Shown here piece after piece: positions 12,621 to 27,025 of a DNA stretch of 64,000 nt. The DNA comes from Lama glama (taxonomy: Eukaryota). The position numbers and the translations under genes were made by a program. The notes under the pieces were generated by a model, which saw nothing but the letters and a program-made list of their open reading frames with translations, searched no databases and was not told the origin of the DNA. The stretch covers positions 69,938,001 to 70,002,000 of the forward strand of contig CM052817.1 in NCBI GenBank assembly GCA_028534125.1, given 5' to 3'. How positions within the stretch are numbered: position 1 is the stretch's first letter; each line of letters opens with the position of its first letter.

Positions 12621-15329
12621 ATCAGAGGTTTTTACACTATGCCCTGATGGACTATAGGGGTTCAGTGAATCTCCTTAGTGGTTCCCAAACCCCTGTTCCC
12701 TGACTTGTGTTTTATGTATGGCTCTTCTGTATACATTCTTAGGAAAAAGGATTTCATGGCTAAAAAGTTTGAAAGCTACCACACTGATCTTCCTGCTCTA
12801 AAAATTGATGATCTTGATTATCTGTAGCTAATAAAGCTGAATAATAAATACTTTGCCACTCTCTGACCTTGCAATAGTTGAGAAATTAAGGTGCCTAACT
12901 TTCCCTAGTATGTATGATAGAGAAGAAACCTATGTTGGAGGGAAACCTACGTTGTGTGTCTGTGGCCATCCTTGTCCTGGCTCACACATGAGCCCCTCAG
13001 AGATGGACACAAACACAGGGTCTGCAGGCCTCTGGCCTTGCCCACAGCCCCTTTTCATAAATGATACAGGATACATTGACATGCTGGAGGAAATTAAGCA
13101 TAAATCCACTTTTGAAATTACAGAGTGATCATATTACACAGCAGTTGCTCTTCAGTTCCCCTTTTGCCTGGGATCTCAACCACCAATGCTCACCAAAATA
13201 ACAGACACTTTTGTGGCATTTTTTTTCCACTTGGTAATTGACTGAAGATTCCAGTTATTAGCTCTTTTTCCCTTTCTATCCTTTTCAAACTAATAATGCA
13301 GTTTTTTATAATTCTAAAATAACTTGGTTATGTAAAATTTGTTATAAAATGTTTCTAGCAACAAAACCGGTCATAATTCTTTGACAACTTATTCCTAAGA
13401 TAATTTACAAGTTGAGGCTTTAAAAAAATAGGTCTATCATTCATTCATTCTTTTCATGAATATTAGGTGTTCCCCTGTGCTAGCCATTGGGGCAGGTGAA
13501 AGGTAATATGTGGTTGCTGCCTGTGAGTTGCTCACTGTCCAGAGGAAGAAGAACAAGTATGAACAACTAATTGTAATAAAGGCACAGATCGCCTGCTTGT
13601 TATATCTGGGATGTCACCTGAAACAGATGAAAGTTGTAGCGACTTTAATACCTTACCTTAAGGTACGTCTTTTACATGCTTAAGATACAGTATGATGTAT
13701 AGGCTATATCTTCTCACGGTAAGGAAAAAGGGATGTTAAAAAAGTATGTTAAAAAAAGGCGTATGTATATACAGTACTACATATATGTATATAAAGTTTA
13801 TATTTACTGGAAATTCTCATTGGGTTTCAGTTAGGAATGTGCCAGAACTACCCCATATTGGGGTTTGTGGTAACAACTTCAGACTCTGAAGTAGATGATG
13901 CCGTGGCTCTTTGGAAAAGGTATCTAGGTATTATTTTGGGTTCATCATCAAAAGTCAGTGTTGAAAAAAAAAGTGTTGGTTAAGATTTCCATGTCTAATT
14001 TACCTTTCACATCTGGAATTTCTCCTACATACTTGTTGGATAATGGCCTTTATTCTGAAATTCGTGAATTTTACAACATGAAATAGCTTACAACCAGTTT
14101 GTTTTTGATTTATCTGTTGTATGCACATCCTGGGGTTCAAGCTGCCGTCATGTAACTGGGCAGCCATTGGTAGCTAGTGGCTCACACAAGCTCCACGCTA
14201 TTTTCTTTCAGTGTTTGGAGTCCTACAGGAAAGATCTGTTGTATCTGTAAATCAGCAGAGGTGCAGACAAGAGACTACTTCTGCTAGAGGTTGGGAGAGC
14301 TTTCACTGAAGGAGGGAGAGCCTCTCTGTTGGATTATGAAGGATGAGTTGGATTCCCGCAAGCAGCTCTCTGGCTGGGGGAACCCAAGGGCAGGGGTGTG
14401 GGGCTGTGAAGCAGCACGAGAGAGGAGTGTGTTGTGGCTGGAGGAGAGCACGGGCTCAGGTCCCTCCGCTCCAGGCACTTGTTGTTGAGCACTTATTACT
14501 GGACAGCCACCACGTGCAAGTGATCAGTGCTGGGGGATCCAACAACCAGCTCAATGTCTGCCATCAGTGGATTCAAATCTAAGAGCAGAGATCCTACGAC
14601 AAAGATCCACATGACACAGTTGACTTTGGTGTAAAGCAGCATGATGAGAGCAGTGAAAATCTAGCTCTAAGGTTTCAAAACAGAAAAGAGGGCATTAATT
14701 TGGGAAAAGACTTCATGGAGGGAGTAGCTTTTGAAATGGGCCTTGACCGATGGATAGAATTTCTTTGGATGTACTTAAGAGTTGAGGTTTTTTTTTAAAA
14801 AAGGAAGTGTTCAGCAAATCGTGACTCTCAGAATCGTGGTGCCATTAATGAAGATCAAGGAAAAGTAGTTTTAGGGTCAAGCTGTTGACTGTAGCTTAGG
14901 ACAGAATACGTTGATTTCAGGTACAGTTGGAATTATGAGAGTGATTGAGATTCCAGACAGAAAGCATATAAAGACAGAAGAAAAGAATATTGAAAGCAGG
15001 ACCTTGAAGGATACCTTTGTTTAGAGGCTGAGAAGATTAAGAGAATTGATTTGGCTAAAAGGAACAGATAGAGATAAGAAGTAGAGAAGAAATTGGAGAT
15101 TTTCAAAAAGGAAGGCTTAGTTGGCAATGTGTAGGGCTATGGAAAATCAGAAGATGAAGCCAAAGAACAGGCTTTGGCTTTAGCAATTGGAAGACCATTT
15201 GATGCATTATCTGTACTTCCATACAGCAGTGGTGGTGGAGCAAGTCACATTGCTTGGATTTAGGAATTGTGTGGCTGGGGAGAAAGTGGGAGCGCCAAGT
15301 GTAGTGACTAGACTGGCAGCTAACTAGCG

Positions 15330-15560
15330 TTACGCACCTTGCTGTGTGCTTGGCATTGGTCTGCACACTTTAAACACATTCACTTCCTTAATTTTCACTA
15401 CAGTCCTATGAGATGGGTACTGTTACTATTCCTTATCACAGATCAGGAAATCACAGACAAAGAAGCTGCATAACTTGCCCAAAGTCACGCAGTCACTGGC
15501 TAAGCCAGGGTTTAAACCTAGGACATTCAATTTTAGAACATGTGCTCCACATTCCACTGT
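15330..15560 (-). mobile_element. MIR SINE
   Basis: Antisense core acagatcaggaaa...taacttgcccaaagtcacgcag. Confidence 0.7.
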
Positions 15561-15769
15561 GCCCCCCAGTAACTGAAGGATTTCCGTGGTGAAGCGAAGG
15601 CTAGCTTCAGGTGGCTAAGGAAGCTTGTGGGTGTCGCCCCTGCTTTTTAACTTTCTTTTTAAATGAAGAGAGATCCCAGCCTGTTTGTAAAAATGGAAGG
15701 GCGCAGAAGGGAAAACCGCAAAATGAAAATTAGAAAGGGAACAAGTTGTGAGATCAGCAAATGTATTTT

Positions 15770-16095
15770 CTCTTTTCTTTTTTTTTTAATAGGAATATAG
15801 TCAGTTACAATGTGTCAATTTCTGGTGTACAGCAATAATGTCCCAGTCATACATATACATATATATATTTGTTTTCATATTCTTTTTCAGTAAAGGTTAT
15901 TACAAGATATTGAATATAGTTCCCTGTGCTATACAGAAGAAATTTGTTTTTTTTAATCTATTTTTATATATAGTGGTTAATATTTGTAAATCTCAAACTC
16001 CCAAATTTACCTCTTTCCACCCTTCTTCCCCCAGTAACCATAAGATTGTTAACTATGTCTGCGAGTCTGTTTTGTAGATGAGTTCATTAGTGTCC
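15770..16095 (-). mobile_element. 5'-truncated lineage-specific LINE-1 3' end
   Basis: Poly-T followed by atagtcagttacaatgtgtcaatttctggtgtacagc..., homologous to the L1 3' ends at 35791 and 36680. Confidence 0.85.
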
Positions 16096-19000
16096 GGAAG
16101 TTATATTTTCAAAAGCCAAATAAAATAACTTACCATTGGAGACTGTACCTGGATCAGTATTAGGCCTTGGACACTGGCAGAAGGAGGAAGGGGCCTGTCT
16201 AGAAGAAAACTGTTAAGCTGTTGTGATATGCCAGGCACTGTTCTGGGTGTTTAACATGTATTAACTCGTTTAATCCTCTCAGCAACCCTGTTGTCCGATT
16301 TTCACAGATGAGGAAACAGCCTGTGGTGGTTCAGGAATATTTCTGTCTCACAGTTGGCAGATGAGCTCCAGAGTCTGGCCCTTGCCTAGCTCAGAGCTGT
16401 CTCAGACTGTTCCCCTTGGACCCAGCCATGCCTTTTGGGGTCAAGAACAGCCAGCAGTTGAGCTCTGGGTACAGGCAGCCCCAGCTTCAAAGCATGGCCA
16501 CGTCCGGATTTTGTTCGCTTACTCTTCCAGTGCCTACCCTACAGGCTGTTGTGAAGATCAAATGGGGTAATTTATGAGTGAAAGCCCTCTGAGAGCAGGG
16601 GATTTATTTTGTTCACCACCTTACCCCAGAGCCTAGAACAGGCACAATGCTGTTGTTGAGTCAGCAGGAGGCAGTGGTCAGTGAAGAGAATGAATGTGGA
16701 GCCGTGCGCAGCACTGCACTCTGAATGGTGGTTCCCCTCCCTCCCTAGGGGAGCACAGGGTTTGGGGGGGGAGCTCCAAAGTGCTCCCTTCTGAGGAGCC
16801 AATTTTTTGTTGGTGACCTTTGGTCATTTGGTGGAAAACGTTTTCTAATAATCTGCACTTTTCATCCAGGCTATTTGAAAGCTTCCCCGCTGTCCAGATT
16901 GTTTGTATACCTCAGTATAATTTCTTGGCTTCTAAGAAAAACAGCACTTCTTGTTCTATTTTTAGCTTTCAAACCAGTGTGTTGCTGAAGCCATGAATGA
17001 AGAACTAACCACTAGTGATGCCTAAGGCTGCCTCAGCTTATTGAGCCAGTCTGGGCTGAGAGTCGTGCAGCTTCAGGTTGGACGTGGATTGCACGAGGGC
17101 AAGGACAGACTGCCTGCATCCTGCTCCATCTCGCTGGTAGCCCGTTCAGATACACAGCAGTAGAAGAGGGATACCAGCCCCACTGGGAGTAGATTAATAG
17201 AATCAAAGGACACTGGACTCATCCTGTGGAAATTTAATCAGGCATCTAATACCTATCGGGCAGTAGGCTAGATGTGGTTTGTTTGATCATTTATTTATTC
17301 AGCAAATATACACTGAATGCTCACTATGGACCAGGCACTGGGATTACAAAGATGAACAGGACAGGAAGTTGCCTTCAAGGTGTTGCCAACCTTTTGTCTC
17401 TTGGATGTGTCTGCAAGAAATTATTGCAAGGAACTCAAGCATCAGGTTGGGTTGCTCTGTGTAGGTGGGTAGAATGAAAATGCTGCTGTAACTTGAAATC
17501 TCTTGAAGTTGTGCTCTAATATAAGTTTATTGCTATGCAGTTGATTGTGACCTGCAACCAAGAGCTTCACCATAAAATGGAAAATATTTCGAGAATTTAA
17601 ATTTCTCTTTTTTGCCTGTATTTTCTCCTTTCAGTTCTAACCGTATCCACTTTGGGTGTAAACCAGAATGCCCTTTTCTGTCTATGTCTGTGGAATGACT
17701 ACACCAAAGATTTCCTTCATATTTTCCCGAGGCTTTTGAGTTAACCAAGGCAAGAAAATCTGAAGTGGAAAGTGTTTAAAGGGATAGCTATTTAGAGTAT
17801 ACAATTGTTGCTGTCTCACTAGACCAGAAATACCAGTTTAGGCATTTTGGAGAGCCCAAAATTATAGAAAATGCTCCAGTCATTTGAGGTAGGGAAAAAA
17901 ATGGAGCTAAGTTCCCGCGAAAGCAGCCTCTTTCAGACCAGTGAGGTTCTAGGGGGGTGAGGGAAGTTTTGCAGAGTGAGGAAGGTGACACATGGGGAGA
18001 GATCTGTCTTCTTCCTATCTGAGGTTTGGTCCTCCTTGCACCTCCTGTGCTTCTGTTGGGATGGGAAAATGGACAAACGTTTTACACACTCAGTCACTTC
18101 AACATGGTCATTTGAAATGTGCACTTAGCTCTCCTGGAACGTTGCCTGGAGAGCCTTGATTTAATTGCTGGGTTTTGGCCAGCGTCTACATAATGTGTCG
18201 TCTCCAGTGTGCTGGAGATAAAGCAAGGCAGTGAGAATTCCGCAGTGTCTCCTTGTGGGCAGAGACGGGGGCAGCTGGGCGAGTTTATCAGAGGACTTTG
18301 GATAGGCGTGGAAAATCAGCATTTAGGCTGAAAATGTTTTTTTGGCCAGGGTTTTTCTTGGTTGAGTTTTAGTGTTTTTATTAGTACATGTCTCTCTTGG
18401 TTCTCTTTGATTTTTGAGGATGCTTCCTTTCTACATTTGGTTCTGCTTGTAGTGTAAAAGAAAGTAATCATAAGGATAGCATTATGGCTTCTCTGCAACA
18501 TAACCAGAAATGCCCTGTGACTATCCCATCAAACATGCTTATAACGACTCTGAAAGTGACTTTCTAGAGAGAAGGCGTGATGCCCCCTCCTTTCCTTGTT
18601 CTCCTCACCTCGTTAGGGTTAATGCCTACTGTTTGGGAAGTTGGCTCATTCTAGGTGTACGCCTCTGATCCAGCCTTCTGAGATCTGCTGCTGGACAGAA
18701 TTCTTCACCATGGCAGTTTGTTTTTTCTTTGCCATTGCACATGTGGAGCCTTATATTATTGGTTGTTTTCTTTTCCTTTATGTTTTCTCAGTGGGATTAT
18801 GAAGTCCCTAAGCAAAAGGACACTGTCCTCGCTGTTAATGTTTTTGTCTCTGTTCCCTTCAGCTTTGGCACTGTCTTGTACAACTATCTTGTCCTTGAAT
18901 ATTCCTCCCCAGCCCCTTGAGGAGCAAAAAAGCCTGAGTGATGCCTGCCAGAGTTTAAGTGGGGAAAGTGGATTGGGACCTGGGTAGGAAGGAATCTTAA

Positions 19001-19274
19001 GAATCCTGTCGGGCCTATTCAAACGATGACCTAGGTCAGAGGTTAAGAGGAACAAGGTGAAAATCACTTGTGTTAATTCCAGAGGGACTGTCAGAGGAGC
19101 CAAGACAAAAATGGAAGGTCCCCAAGCCAGTACCTCTGCTTGCCCCCACCTTGCGGACGATGTACCCCATCTATGGGCATCACCCCTCTCTTCAGCTGTT
19201 CCCCAGGGTACCCACCCAGTTCAGTTTTATCACCAGCCGCATCTGGAATTTGAAATTTATTTTCTTAGTTTCTG

Positions 19275-19700
19275 TGTCAGACTGCCTCACCGAATCTCCG
19301 CACACCATTCTAGGTTTGGTAAATTACTCACAGGACCAGCATATAGTCATAATCATGGCTGTAATTTATTACAGCAAAAAGATACAGAATGAAAGCAAAG
19401 GGAAAATGTGTGTGGGGCAAGGTCTAGAGGAAACCAGGTGCCAGCTTCCCAAGGCCTCTCTCGGTGGAGTCACACAGGACACACGTAATTCCTCTAGCAG
19501 CACGTGTGAAATGTTGTCAGCCAGGGGCGCTCATTAGAGAACCAGAGCCCAGGGTTTTTACTGGGATTGGTCACATAGGTACCCTCTGCCTGGCAAGTAC
19601 CAAAATTCCTGGCTCTCAGAAGCAAGGCAGGTGTGAGCGTAAACCATAGTGCACAAACAGTTTAGGTCCAGTGAGCACAGACCCACTTCTACTGCAAGTT
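19275..19700. mobile_element. ERV-derived solo LTR (MER21-like)
   Basis: Resembles the recalled consensus (cagcatatagtcat...atttattacagc...ggagtcacacaggac...gcacaaacagtttagg). Family assignment is from memory. Confidence 0.6.
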
Positions 19701-21069
19701 TCCAGACACTCGTCAAGAGCCTTCCTGAAGGTAACAGTTTCAGGGCCACCATGTTGCCTTTTCTACACAATTTCTAAATTTGCTCCTGCCTTTTCACGTT
19801 GAATTTATTGACTTGAAGGTTCAAACCTGTGTCCAGTGACTTGAGGCGCTGGCACGGTGGGCCTAGGTGTGCTGTGACTTAGGGAGAAACCTGGTCTGGA
19901 CTGACGGGTGTTTTCCTCTCGGGACGTTGTTTTACTTTGACCCGCTGCTGCCTGCAGCCTGTGTTTCTGCCAGCAGGGCAGGTTTGCTGCTGCCTCTGTC
20001 TTCTTATTAAGACAACTCATCCCATTACTCCCATTGCCCTGCTGTGGTTATCAGACCTTCCGGCCCTGGTCCTGGCAGCGCTTCCTGCTCTTGGTTCCCA
20101 GGCAGGCTCTGGGGCGCCGACGGCGCTGATGCCGCCTATGGACCCCACAGGCTCAGACTTGCAGCCCCGCGTGCAGCTTTCTCGGGGAGAAACCAAGGTG
20201 CTGTTGTAGCTAACTTCCACTGAAAGCCTGTCTTACCATTTTTAGAAGTGTTCCTTGGAAATCTTTCTTTGGGATTTGAACCTCTTCTCCTTTGAGTTTT
20301 GCTCTTCTGTTTCTGTTTCTTTTCCTCTTTGGTTTTCACTTTTGAGTTTTTAGGTGCCTGGTTTTCAAAATCACATCATGGTGATAGTTTAGTCCTACTT
20401 TTCACTGTTGTCTCTGGGCAGGCTCATTTTTACTGACCTGCCCCTTCTGCCCACCCTTGGTCCACAGAAGTTCCAAGGCTAGTTGTTCTGCGGGGGTTCT
20501 GCACTGAGGGACATCTCAGTTGTGCTGGCATCTTGCATCATTTGTGTTTGTATTAGGTCCTGTGTGTCTTCTTACTTATGACTTGAACTGAGTACAACAC
20601 CTGTCTGTAGTATGACCTCATGACATATTAAAAAAAAATTATTCACCTACTCCACAGTTTTTGCCAAATTGTTGGCAAAGTGTGATGAAGTGGGGATTGA
20701 CTTCTCACTGATTGTGGCTAAACCAGTCTGGCGCCATGCGAACTTGGGGCAGCCTCACTAACGTGCCCTCAGGATTCAGTCAGGGCTGGCAAGGGGAAGG
20801 GAGGGGAATTGTCCTTCTAAATTGACTGATGGCCAGAGACCTACTGTCATGGGAGTCTCGTCGCTGATTAGCCCTTGGGGACATGAGTCTTTTTGCCACG
20901 ATTGTTTAAGTCTTACCTGTTGCTGATGTAAGGACTGTAGAAGAGGTGCACTGAGGGGTCAAGCTGCACAAAATGTTCTAGCTCTAAGGGAAAAAGATGA
21001 TTGAGTGGTGGGGGAGGGAAGGGGTAGGTGCTCTGTGAATGGACTGTTGAATCCTTGGAATAGAGTTCA

Positions 21070-21160
21070 TGCAACTGAGGAGCTGAATTTTAAATTTTAC
21101 TTAATTTCAGTTCATTGAAATAGCCACATGTGGCTAGTGGCTTCTGTGTAGCACAGCACA
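21070..21160. mobile_element. MER3-like hAT-Charlie fragment
   Basis: actgaggagctgaattttaaatttta...aaatagccacatgtggctagtggct, with its palindromic core. Confidence 0.7.
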
Positions 21161-21465
21161 GGGACATGGTTATGGTGTGGCCTTCAGAGCCGTGATTCTG
21201 ATCCCAGCTCTGTTGACTACCTGTGTGTGACCATGGGCACATTTCTTAAACTTGTAAGGTTGTTTTGAGAATTTGTTGTTATCCATGTTCGGGGTTTAGA
21301 GCAGTAACTGGCAAGAAATGTGTGTTTAGTTAATATTGGCTTATTTTTATATTTACTCAGTATTTTGAGTGGAATTGTGTTAGAGTTCAAGTGGAATATG
21401 AAACTCTACTTTTTTTTTTACATTTTCATGTTTTCTTGCTTTTTTTTTTTTTTTTTTTGCTCTAG

Positions 21466-21594
21466 GTTGCTGCAGCAACTGGCCACACAGTGATGTTGGT
21501 GGACCAAACGGAGGACATCCTGGCAAACTCTAGAAAGGGAATTGAGGAAAGCCTTAGGAGAGTGGCCAAGAAGAAGTTTGCAGAAAATCCCAAG
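21466..21594 (+). CDS. HADH: HADH coding exon 2
   Basis: Long poly-T tract then ctag| acceptor. [43 protein letters not shown]. Donor AAG|gtaatt. 129 nt. Confidence 0.98.
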
Positions 21595-22334
21595 GTAATT
21601 TCTTGTTATCAGTGTCCTCAAGACCAGTCCTCTGACCACTTCATATTTGTTGAGGGAATTCTGACCTTTGCTTGCTTTTTCAGCTTGTTTGTGTAAAACT
21701 CATTTCCCCATAACTTTAGGCCAGTAGAATAACATAACCACTAAATACTCCTTGTGGACTGACAGCAGAACAGGAGACGTAACTGACCATGTTGTTGGGT
21801 AGGTTTTGAAGAGGAAGTTTGTGCAGGTAGTGAACTTTCTGTCCGCTGAGAATTTGGAATTGAAGAACACCTATTTTGTTATAGGAAGAGATGGAAGAGA
21901 AGGAAACAGGAAGATAATTTTTATACTTGCAAGTTAAAAAGAAAATGATAATAGTAAATTTTGTATTTAGAGAGAAAATTTTGATTTCTTAGATAATGCC
22001 TTATGCTTATGAATGATGTACTTCCCGAGGGAAATACGGAGAGTCATTCTCGCTTTCCAGCAGCAGGTGAAGAACAAGAACGGGAGGAGCTCTTGGGAGG
22101 CTGGGAACTCTAGTTTGCTCTCTTTTTCATCAGACCTTTGCAATTAGAAATACTGCAGAAGTCACCCAAGTGAATTTTTGTTTACCTTTGTCACCTTATT
22201 AAAGTTGCTTAAGGTTAATTTCCTTGGAGTTTAGCTGGAATTTCTCTCCATACAGGTAGAGGAGAGTGCAGATAGTTTTTGTTGTGTTTTTCACCTCAGG
22301 TATCCACAGTGGTGTGTCTTGTTGCCTCCTAGAA

Positions 22335-23070
22335 TTTTTTTTATTGTGGTAAAGTGCATATAACAGAATTTGCCATTTTAAGCTTTTTTAGTGTACAGTT
22401 TGTTGGCATTTACATTCACAGTATTGTTTGACTACCACTATTACCTATTTCCAGAACTTTTTCATCGTCACAAACAGAAACTCTATACCCACTAAGTAAT
22501 AACTCCCATCCTCCCCCAGCCCCTGGTGATTTCTGTTCTACCTTCTGTCTCTCTGAATTGCCTATTCTAGATACCTCACGTAAGTGGAATCATACAATAT
22601 TTGTCCTTTTTTAGCTGACTTATTTAATTTGATATAATATCTTCAAGGTTCATCCATGTACTTGTAGCATGTGTCAGACTTCATTTCTTCTTATGGCAAT
22701 ATTCCACTGTATGTCTGTACCACATTTTGTTTATCCATTCTCCTGTAGGAGAACACTTGGGTTGTTTTTACATTTTAGCTTTTTTGAATAATTCTTCAAT
22801 GAGCATTCGGGTATTGTCTGTTCAACTCCCTCTTTTCATTTCTAGAAGTGGAATCACTGGATCATACGGCAATCCTATGTTTAGTATTTTGAGGAACCGC
22901 CAAACTGTTTTCCATAGTGGCTGCACCATTTTACATTCCTACAAGCAGTGAATGAAGGTTCCAGTTTCTCCACCTCCTGGCCAACACTTGTTACTATATT
23001 TTTTTCATAATAGCCATCATAGGAAATATGAAGTGGTATCTGACTGTTGTTTTGGGACTTGCATTTTCTT
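22335..23070 (-). mobile_element. LINE-1 3' end fragment (L1M-type)
   Basis: Antisense L1 3'UTR and ORF2 end, similar to 11945-12620. Confidence 0.85.
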
Positions 23071-23377
23071 AACGTATAGTCACCTTTTAAAATATCAGAA
23101 GGGCAGGGGAGGAGGTAATGTTACTCTCTCCCTGAAGAAGTTGAAGCAGTATGACAGCAGATTAAGACCTTCTTCTCCTGTCCTCCATGTCCTTAATGAT
23201 AGAGGGAGCGGATACAGGACTACTGTGATGAGGGGTGAGGGAGGTGGGAGTCAAGGACAGGGTGAGCCTGAACCTAGGTAACCTGCACTTCCACTTGTTT
23301 GCTTTGCAGACTTCTGCAGATTGTCCCCCTTGGGCCGAGGCTTTTGGTCCCTGAGGGTAAAAAGATGGCATCTGTGT

Positions 23378-23680
23378 GACCAGTGCAGTAGCCACTAGCT
23401 CTAGGTGGCTATTGTGCACTTGACATTTGGCCAGTCCAAATCAAGATGTACTGTGTAAGTGTGAGACAGACACTGGATTTCAAAGACTGAATAGAAAAAG
23501 AACACAAAGTATCTTGATATTTAAAGATATTGATTATGTGTTGAAATGATAATATCTCAGATATATTGGGGTTAAATAAAATTAATTTTACCTGATTTTT
23601 TTTTTACTTGTTAAAATGCAGCCAGAAGGAAATTTAAAATTACCTCTCGTCTTGCATTATGTTTCTGTTGAACAGCTCTT
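23378..23680. mobile_element. MER33-like hAT-Charlie DNA transposon
   Basis: gtagccactagc...gtggctattg...cactggatttcaaagact...atattgattatgtgttgaaatgataat...aatttaaaattac. Confidence 0.75.
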
Positions 23681-24495
23681 ACAATTGTTAATTCCTTGAT
23701 AATTTTGGATACCTTTGCTGAGTGTGACCATTTGAATCCCCATGGGCAAATTACATCTTGTAATAAAATGGCAGCTGATGGGGCACTGTCTGTTTCTGCC
23801 CTAGCTGAAGTCTATTTGTGGAAACCTGGAGGCACAAATGAGGAAAAGATAGGACCGCAAGCTCTTTGAGAGCAGAGGCTGTGGGTGGAATGTTTTTGAA
23901 CGACCAGTTGCCGATATGTGTTGGGCGATTATTATTTGATGGGTGACTGCCAAGTTCAACTTTCTTACCCTCCTCGATGCCCTTACTCAGCTCTTCCCTG
24001 CCTCCTGTTAGAGGGGGATAGTCAGCACCGCCTCTCAGACTCATGGATGGGGCTGAGCTAAGCTTTTACCCTTTCTGAGAGGTCAAATTCCAGGCTTCAT
24101 GGAAGCCTGTCATGGAAGAGTACATGGCAGTCTGTTCACTTGAGACAGGCAGAGCAGGCCGACACAGGTGTTGTGAACAAGCAACTTAGTAACTGGAGCA
24201 GAGCCAGCCAAGAGCTTGAAGGGTTATGACTGACACAGGACAGTGTGTTGACTACCAGCTGGGATTGCTCACGGGCTGATTCTTGCCCTGGTGTCCCAAA
24301 GTACGTTGAGATGTCCCACTCTAAGCAGAAACATAGGGAGTTGTATTTCTCAGATTTTTAGGGCACTGTCAAGTTGTGTCTGAGGTGTGTTGGCCAGTTC
24401 TCACCCTCCTCTTTCCTCTCACTTTAGCAGCAAATCACACACCATTCTCCAGTGAGCCCAGTGACCGTTCCCTTCTCCTTCCTCCACTGCATTAG

Positions 24496-24684
<189 letters not shown>

Positions 24685-26220
24685 TGAGGGCTTCCTCCCT
24701 GGCGCCCGGTACTAAGACTTCTCTTTTTGTTACCCACAGCTGTTTTCAGAAGAACCAACACTGTTTTCTTTGTTCTCTATCCTCTATTCCAATTTGCTTC
24801 CCGAAGCTTGGGCTGCCCTGATCTGGTCCTTGTCCCCAAACAAGGGTAGAATTTCCCATGTAAAACAGAGGGTCCACGCAGGGCCAGACCTTGATCTCTT
24901 GAAGCATCTGGGTCATGGACCCTCCCGGGTCAGAGGATGAACGCCCTTGGACATGTCCTTAAATGTTGCTGAGCAACCTCAGAGCAATTTGATGTGCCCC
25001 CTCTTTTGAGTGGAACCAACAGAATGGTGTAGTTGAAGGGAATGCCTCTGTCTACACAGTTTCCCAGGGCTCTCTGGCTTTGAGCCTTCAGTGGGTTAAA
25101 TCAAAACACTCTTGGGAGCGTTTAAGGACCACTGAGTTCTTAACTCGGCTTCTTGGCAGAGGGTGGGAGAGGAGAGCCAGCACCATGTAGGTCAGACACA
25201 GGGGAGCCCGGGTTCAGGACCATCTGTGCAGTATTACCAGGCTATGCTCACATGCCACTGTAGATTTATGCATGGCTCCTGCGATTGTGACACCTGACTG
25301 AGTCACTTATGCTCTCCTTGTGGCTTACTTAGCCACACTTTACCCTTCTTGGTTGGAACTGGAAGTCAGAATACGTTTTATGACAATGGTAATTCTTAGG
25401 CAGCCACCAGTGAGCAGTGGCTAAGGAGAGACGCTTGCATACCGGCCCATTAGATTTCAGCCTTCAGAGCTATATGGCCTTGTGGCCAGAGAGGCCCTGC
25501 CCTGTCCTTCTGTCACCTGTATGTTACTTTGCTGATCAGCACACTCATATGCTTTACACTGGCATTTAAGGGCTGTGGCACCATCTGACAGAAACAGAAG
25601 ACTCTCCCGGTAGGGGTGTTGGCTTCCAAGTTAGCAGGGAGCCCTCTAGGATGGAAAAACACCCACCCCAGGAAAGGGAGTATTATCAAGCAGTTTGGCC
25701 TTTATTGAAATGTTGATTATTCTCCCTCGTGACAGTGACAGGTCTGACTGCTTTCTTATGTCAGTGTTGAGTAATGGGAGGACTGTTGGGGGAAAATCAG
25801 GCGGCCTGGTGCCAGGCCCTCACCACTTCCCCCTCTGACCCTGAACAGTCACGAACCCTCTCTAGCCTTCAGTTTTATCATCTGTAATTTGAGTTGAGGG
25901 GTTAGGGGTAAATAATTGCCAAGACCTTCCTGGTTCCACTCTACAACTAGTTTCCCTATCTGCGAATTAGGGATAGCGGCACCTAATGCACGAGGTTGTT
26001 AGGAAGCTGCTGGAATTCAGCTCACAGTTCCTGAGAGCCTACTGTATGGCAGACACTATACTAGGCTCTTTCACCTAAGTTTGTGTCATAAAACAGATGT
26101 GATGTGTGAAAGGGCGCACCATAGGTGTGACTTTACTTCTGGGCACAGCCATCTGTCTCCACACTCTTACTTTCATTTTAGATTACCACCATTATTTGAT
26201 GTTTGCTAAATTGTGTAGGT

Positions 26221-26345
26221 TGTTTTTTTTTTTTTTTGAGGGGGACTAGATTTATTTTTTTTTTAATGGAGGTACTGGGGATTGAACCTATGTCCTCGTG
26301 CATGGTAAGCACACCACACTCTACCACTAAGCTATACCCTCCCCA
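26221..26345 (-). mobile_element. tRNA-derived SINE (camelid Vic-1-like)
   Basis: The minus strand reads GGGGAGGGTATAGCTTAGTGGTAGAG (A box)...GGTTCAATCCCCAGTACCTCCA (B box), followed by an A-rich tail. Confidence 0.85.
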
Positions 26346-27025
26346 GTTGTGTGTGTGTGTTTTTAAAACAGTTTGACTGAGATACTTTACTGCCAAGTTT
26401 TGCAGTTAGATCCTATAATGGGAGATGAAAATATGGTCTAGTGATTAAATTCCAGTTGGAAACCCTGATGAAATGATTGCATCGTGTAAGAACGTGACTT
26501 CCCTAAGCTGCAGCATTAGAAGTGCAGATGAAAAGCTTTGCCAAGGCCTCCAGCCTGCCCCAGCTGAGTCCTGGTTCTCCCCTTTTGACAAAGCATGGAC
26601 TCCCTCCCGCTGCAGTCCCCACCACCCGCTCTAGTCTTCACTGGGGGCCTGGGGGCATTGAAATGACCATCATGCTTGTGCTGCCGATTTTCTGTTAGTA
26701 CATTTAAGAGGAAAGTAATTTTTTTTGGTACCTGAATGTCAGAAAAGAAAAACAAAAGATGGTCCTAGAGAGTCAAGTGTTTCAAGGAAAATGTGAGAGT
26801 GTGCTTTTTGATGGAAGGTAAAGACAGCCGTGTGTGTTTAATATGTATATATGTTGCGTTTGTGTGGAAGGAAGGCAGCGTGAGATGCTGTTAGGAGCAG
26901 AGCCAGCCTGACCGCCTGGGAGAGGTAGAGGCAGAACTCTGCTGGGAAGAGACATCTTTCTCCTTCTGGTAAAATGTGTGCTGGGAGTGTTCTGGGTTGC
27001 AGACACTCAGCACTGGGCCCTGATG

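Noticed and set aside
26262..26345. tRNA-like sequence
   Set aside because: It has an A-rich tail, a small internal insertion and broken stems, so it is a SINE rather than a tRNA gene.
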